Shown here: piece after piece, positions 63,496 to 63,772 of the stretch
Layout: each line of letters starts with the position of its first letter
How positions within the stretch are numbered: position 1 is the stretch's first letter
From: Hydrolagus colliei
Lineage: Eukaryota
NCBI GenBank assembly: GCA_035084275.1
Contig: CM068769.1
Location: 1,364,229 to 1,428,000, forward strand
Reading direction: 5' to 3'
Length of the DNA: 63,772 bases
Notes under the pieces: model-generated
Told to the model about the DNA's origin: nothing
Seen by the model: only the letters and a program-made list of their open reading frames with translations
Database searches by the model: none
Made by a program: the position numbers and the translations under genes

Positions 63496-63772
63496 CAAAC
63501 GCTGTGATTGACTAATATGTATAAATATTTGGAGAGATGTTGATAATATGACAGGAAGAATAATGAGAACGGACGGAGGTTAATCACGAAATTACTAATT
63601 TCTGATCAAAGTAATGCATTGGAATCGCTTTAAAACTGTTTGCTTTCAACAATACATTGAAACCAATAACTTGCTTTCCCCACTTCGAATTTAAGGAGAC
63701 AGATGTGGTGGAGTTAAGTTGCATTTTGGTGCTGGCTTTCAAATGTGGAAGGTCATTGCCTATTTTGATTGC

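Overview
Vertebrate germline DNA, almost certainly from a cartilaginous fish (species not determinable here): part of the T-cell receptor alpha/delta locus, transcribed on the minus strand. The main feature is a complete and apparently functional NAR-TCR cassette: leader (8705-8747), IgNAR-like V with 22-bp RSS (8054-8342), 12/12-RSS D (7649-7661), NAR-like J (7215-7270), and a leaderless supporting TCR-delta V with a CDR1 cysteine and 23-RSS (4649-4941). Upstream lie 12 conventional TCR V segments in the same orientation, of which only one (14754-16076) looks fully intact. The window also holds a young (about 1% LTR divergence by eye), internally mosaic gamma/epsilon-type endogenous retrovirus on the plus strand (43020-50864; GTAA TSD, tRNA-Ser PBS), CR1 and L2 LINE fragments, many tRNA-derived SINEs, a probable Penelope remnant, microsatellites and three N gaps. 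Least expected patterns: a tRNA-derived SINE head abuts the RSS nonamer of 7-8 V segments from several families, CTCF-like motifs all point toward the downstream end of the locus, and one V has lost exactly its RSS heptamer. All coordinates and alignments were read by hand; repeat boundaries are approximate.
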